Source: the human T2T-CHM13v2.0 reference genome, Homo sapiens
DNA length: 64,000 nt
Assembly: GCF_009914755.1 (NCBI RefSeq)
Contig: NC_060932.1
Direction: 5' to 3' (one strand)
The number at the start of each line of letters is the position of its first letter. The stretch's first letter is position 1. The notes under the pieces were generated by a model, which made no database searches, was not told where the DNA came from, and was given only the letters and a program-made list of their open reading frames with translations. Both the position numbers and the translations under genes were made by a program. Positions 58,494-64,000 of the stretch are shown here, piece by piece.

Positions 58494-58563
58494 AACTCCT
58501 ATTTATCCAAGGAAATAAAGGAAAAAGTGATTTGGAAGTTATTCCCTTGGATAAATAGGAGTT
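58494..58563. repeat. Hairpin with a 25-bp stem (1 mismatch) and a 20-nt loop
   Basis: aactcctatttatccaaggaaataa ... ttattcccttggataaataggagtt. Confidence 0.95.
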
Positions 58564-58649
58564 TTCTTTAGGGAAAACTATAAAATACCCACTGGGGGAG
58601 CAGTCTTATAAGTAAAAGGTGAATGTAACATATAAAGACTATGCCATCT

Positions 58650-58805
58650 GTTTTCTTTTTTTTTTTTTAATTATTGATTCAGAGAGTAAATGCGCAGGTT
58701 TGTTACATGGATACACTGTGTAATGTTAAGACTTGAGCTTCTAGGGCACGCATCATTCAGTGAACATTGTACCCAATAGGTAATTTTTCAACGCTTACCT
58801 CCCTC
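58650..58805 (-). mobile_element. Old L1PA/L1PB 3' tip
   Basis: T tract followed by gcaggtttgttacatggata...gtgaacattgtacccaataggtaatttttcaac. Confidence 0.8.
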
Positions 58806-59317
58806 GCGCCTTTATCATTTTGCTTTCTTAAGTAGTTTACAATTATGTATTTTTTAAACATCACCCCCTCAAACTAGATGTTTGTCTTTGTTATCAATAG
58901 AATACTTGTTTTGGGAAATGGGAGTAAAAATTAAGTTAGTGCCTTGTGAAGTTTATCACCAAATCTTAGAGAAACAAAATGGGAAACATCGAAAATAACT
59001 GATAAGATCTGAAGATTATTTTTAATTTTAAATCGTATTTGCCAATATTATTGTCATTTAACAAGTTAAGCAGTTGCATGTGGCAAACACTGAGCAGAGA
59101 CAACAGAGACCTGTTATATAATGTACTTCTGTAGTGTGATTCAGGAGCTCCCAGGTAAGGCAAAGCCACCCCAGAAGTCATGGTGTTTCCTCATGTTTCT
59201 AGCAAAAAGGTCTAACCTTGGACTCCTGTGAATTGAGAGACCTTAAAACACATTGGCATTTCTTGGTGGGAATGGGGAGACATATTTTCTTGATTTAAGA
59301 GTTTATAAATGATGTGA

Positions 59318-59617
59318 TTATTTATTTATTTATTTGAAATAGGGTCTCACTCTCTTACCAAGTCTGCAGTGCAGTGGCACCATCATGGCTTACTGCAGCC
59401 TCAAACTCCCAGGCATAAGTCATCCTACCAGCTCAGCCTCCAGAGTAGCTGAGACTGCAGGTGCATGCCACCATGCCCGACCAATTTTCTCTATTTTTTG
59501 TAGAGCTAGGATCTGGCTATGTTGTCTATGGCTAGTCTTAAACTCCTGGGCTCAAGTGATCCTCCAGCCTCAGCCTGCCAAAGTGCTGGCATTATAAGCA
59601 TGAGCCACTGTGCCTGG
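59318..59617 (-). mobile_element. AluJ
   Basis: Diverged dimer with a (TTTA)n tail and ctcctgggctcaagtgatcctcc. Confidence 0.9.
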
Positions 59618-62600
59618 AGTGATTTTTAAATAATTTATTTTCTACCACATTTAGGCCTATATGACACCGTATAAATTTATCACCATGTATGTAATACTTA
59701 AGACAAATTTCTATAAAATTGAAATATGATGATTTAAAAACTGAAACTTTAAAATGTTGCAAATGGCTGCTTTTCAGTGTCTTTGAGAGTGGCGGTGTTT
59801 ATTTTGCAACCTTTTTCTGGCCTTTTACTTCGTGATATCTGGTAAACTTTACTGATAATCAAGGCTGAATAACATAACATCTACAATCAGTATGTAATCA
59901 AATCTGATGAAAAAACATTTACACACACTTATCACATATCTATATATGTTTTTAAATGAACTGTTTTTAAGTACTGCTATTTAAGACCTTACGCAGTAGC
60001 TCTTGAACTGGAAAATTTATTTTTTGTTATCAATGTCCTAGTATGAATGGGAATATTCAAAATTATTCTGGTATTCATGATGACATTTAGAATCTAGGTT
60101 TTCCTGTTTATTTTGCTTGTCTTTGTCTCCAGTCTGATACTAATTTGGAAGTTAATATGAATATTTGTAGGAAAAAACTGCATTCTGAGGAGTCACTTCT
60201 AAATACTTGCATCCAAAATGTTACTAAATGAAAATTAATTGCTTTTCATGAAAAAGGGACATTTTACAAGACTGTGTAATCATATTAGAATAATGACTGG
60301 CCTCACTAATGGAAATTAAATGTGATGCTGGGTGTTCTGGCAGGGTGGCCTGGGAGCTAGGTTTGCATGTAAAAGTGTAATTTCTATCCCCGCTGAGTAG
60401 ATTTTGAATCTCAAAATAATTAGTTCTGTCAAATAATTAATTTTGTTGACAGGATTAAGTAGAGAATATACAACCTCACACACATATATTATAATTATTT
60501 GGAATGACAAGATGATATAAAACAATAATCTTCAATTCTGGCTCTCAAACTTGATCAGATCATTTCTGTGAGTACTTTTGAGATTCATGTTAATAAACCT
60601 TGAATGTAACATATAAGTCATCATCTATGGTGCCATTTACATATGGAATTCTTATCATAGTCATTAAATGTGCTTTATATGTGGGTGTATGTGTTTGTAG
60701 GAAAGTTATTGTTTTTATAAAACACTGCAGTTCACCAGGAGGTAGTTCTAAGCAAATGTTAATTTTCTGAAACTCTTTAAGAAAGTGCAGCTATGTAAAT
60801 TGTGTGTTTCTTTTGCTCTCCGAAGTTAGATAACATTTAAAAAGACATATTGTTTAAAAATGCGTATTGTTTGCCCTTCAAATGTAATTACATATCTAAT
60901 TTAACTTTCCACATAGATTTTCTAGAACACTAGAAGAAATAACATTTCTTAACATACACTTACATATGCACACAATTAATTTTAATAAATAGCCAGTGTA
61001 ATTCTCTATAAAACTGAAATGTTGGTAATATTCCAATAAAAATCACCCACATGTATCCTATTTGACATATTCTGTGATGTCATGGTCATTTCCATAAGAT
61101 ATAAACATAATATATATTTCAGAGCAATTATTTGTAGCAGACAGCTGGTAAACCAACATATACAAATTGGAAAATCACTAGGATAAATATGAGTGTTCAA
61201 GAAATTTAGATTATATCGACCCATGTCTATATTTAAATCTATATTTATTTATAAATCTACATTTATCTGTCTGTCTCTTTCTCTTAGAAAATATCTCTGG
61301 GGATGGCTCACAAATGGCAATTTTTAAAAACTCCTCAGATGGTTCTTTTGTATAGCCAGGATTAGGACCTATATTAATAAATAATATATTAATAAATAAT
61401 ATAGATCCTAAGCCTATATATAATATCATATTATGTTATTCATAAATAATAAATTGGGATCTATATTAAAAATCATAGAATTTTACTCAAGAATGAAACA
61501 TGAAGCCTTAGACCATTGAAAATATAGTAGCCACTTTTCCAGAAGACAAAATTGATTATTGTAAAGGTGTAGATTTTTTTCACAAACTATTTTGTAATTT
61601 ATATAGCAATCCAATCAAAATACCATTTTTTGACAATTTGGCAAATGACAAATGATTCTAAAGTTTTTAAGAGTAAATAGTTATATTTCTATATGCTATT
61701 TTGAAAGAATTTCAGTAAGAAGAATAAACGTTTACACAGATACATATATGTGTACATGACAATTAGCATAATCTTTACATATATGTGTGTGTATATATAT
61801 CTATGACTATATAATATCTTGTGGGATACATTGCAGTCCATTAACTGATCAAATAATTATTCAATAAGTAGTGCTAGAACAACTGGCTACTTTTAGAAGA
61901 AACATCAGATGTAGTCTCACTCTGCATGAAGAAGAAAGTCTATAAATCCCAAGCATCCCTTGACCAAGTTCTTTTTATTCTGAGAACAAATTCTGAGACT
62001 AAAAAACCAAGATTTATACTTAATTGCTATTTGCAACAGGAGAAAAATAAGCAACTCTAAATGTCCAATAATAATTAAATGCTTGTGATAGGAGATAAAC
62101 CTATAAAAAATAGAATAAAAAAGGTTTCTTTGTAAAAAGATGACTAAGAAATAAATTGGAAAGAAAATATGACAAGAGTTAATTATATTTGTCTTGAGGT
62201 TATTTTTCTTCCTGTGTGTTTTCAGTTTTCCCAATCTCCATGAATAAGCAAATATGAATTTATAATGAGACAAAACAAAACAGAAAAAAAATTATACCAA
62301 CTACTATTTATTGGAGTTAATTTGTTCATAAAAACTTGGAATTTCATCGAGTATTGTAAAATTACCTAAATAATGGCTTGATAAATTTTGCTGTATAGAC
62401 ATACTTAATAGTATTGAAATGCCCTTTTACTTTAATTAATATATTTATTTCTGCTTCAATCAAAGACCCACTCTTTAAAAAAAAAAAGGAAAAATAATTT
62501 AGAGTATAATTTGAAGAATAAACCCGAAAGAAGGTTTTGAAAGGAAAAATACTGGAGAATCATTTGAATAATCAGTTTTAGTAATGGAATAAGAAGAAAT

Positions 62601-62708
62601 ATTGGCACGGGAATAGAGAAAAATATACTGATAAGTATTAAAAATTCCAGAGCAAAATCTATGTGAGTTTTTAATATGTAAAAAGGCAAAAAGGGCCTCA
62701 CTCATTAC

Positions 62709-63018
<310 letters not shown>

Positions 63019-63130
63019 CACTTCACTTCTTTTCAATAGAATAAATAATATTGTTAATAGATAACATTGAAATATTGGGCCATCTGTCAGAAATCAATTT
63101 TATTTCTAAGCCTATAGAAAATGAAAGCAA

Positions 63131-63434
63131 GGCCGGGCATGGTGGCTCACACCTGTAATCCCAGCACTTTGGGAGGCCAAGGAGGGTGGATCACAAGGTC
63201 AGGAGTTCAAGACCAGCCTGGCCAAGATGGTGAAACCACATCTCTACTAAAAATACAAAAATTAGCCAGGCGTGGTGGCAGGTGCCTATAATCCCACCTA
63301 CTCTGAAGGCTGAGGCAGGAGAATCGGCTTGATGATCTCCTGCTGAGGCAGGAGAATCGGCTTGAGTGCAGTGAGCCAAGATTGCACTGCACTCAAGCCT
63401 AGGCAACAGAGCAAGACTCTGTCTCAAAGAAAAA
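63131..63434 (+). mobile_element. AluS (Sg-like) with an internal rearrangement in the right arm
   Basis: Starts ggccgggcatggtggctcac and contains ggatcacaaggtcaggag. TSD aaaatgaaagcaa (63118-63130) and aaaatgaaaacaa (63435-63447). Confidence 0.93.
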
Positions 63435-64000
63435 AAAATGAAAACAAACCAAAAATATAGAGAAGATTATAAAGATCCAAAAGTAAAGACAAAATAATCA
63501 AATATTAGAAAAAATATAGGGATATTAATTCAGACAGACATGAAATCCAGGTGATTTAAAGAAAAAGATGACCATACCTGATTGCTTGGGAATATAAATT
63601 CCTTGCAGATGAAAGTCACCATAAGGAAAGAGAGAGAATCCTGGGAGATACTTAACTAAAATAAAATAGTTACTATAAAGAACAACATTAAAATTGATAG
63701 GAAAAATAAAGTTTTAAAATAGGTAAATGTTGTTTAACAGGCAATTCAAAAAAGAAGGAAAAGCAAATGGATACTAAAGAGATGAGGTTAAATATGTTTA
63801 ATAGAAGAATATAAAAGGAAATAACAATGACCTATTCATTTCACCAATCAGATTGATAGAAACTAAATTTTTGTTCATATTGAATACTTTTGTGGGAATG
63901 GGGAAATTGGTACCCTCATGTAATTTTCGTGGAACTGTGAAATGCTATGAATAATAATAATTTTGGAATTTAAGAGAGCAGCATCTAATAACATTTTGAC

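Overview
This is AT-rich primate (human or great-ape-like) genomic DNA, intronic or intergenic. I found no cellular protein-coding exon, RNA gene, CRISPR array or prokaryotic system that I can support. The main feature is a full-length, TSD-flanked, minus-strand LINE-1 (23686-29719, about 6.03 kb, L1PA2/L1PA3-type). Its 5'UTR and YY1 site look intact, but ORF1, ORF2 and ORF0 are all disrupted. The window also holds a 2.3-kb 5'-truncated L1PA, several short L1 3' tips, ten Alus (J, S and Y types), a MER58A, many MIR/L2/L1M relics and some microsatellites. The repeats leave several structures unexplained: a 150-bp inverted copy of an L2 segment 1.6 kb from its source, an 83-bp-arm inverted repeat, a 70-nt near-perfect hairpin, several duplication-inversion-duplication micro-scars, and an old direct duplication of about 0.3 kb (near 2.8 kb and 8.1 kb) in which only one copy carries NF-Y and Sox-Oct-like motifs. 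All repeat subfamily calls come from remembered consensus sequences, not from a database search, and identities were counted by hand. I see no evidence of a new multi-gene biological system.
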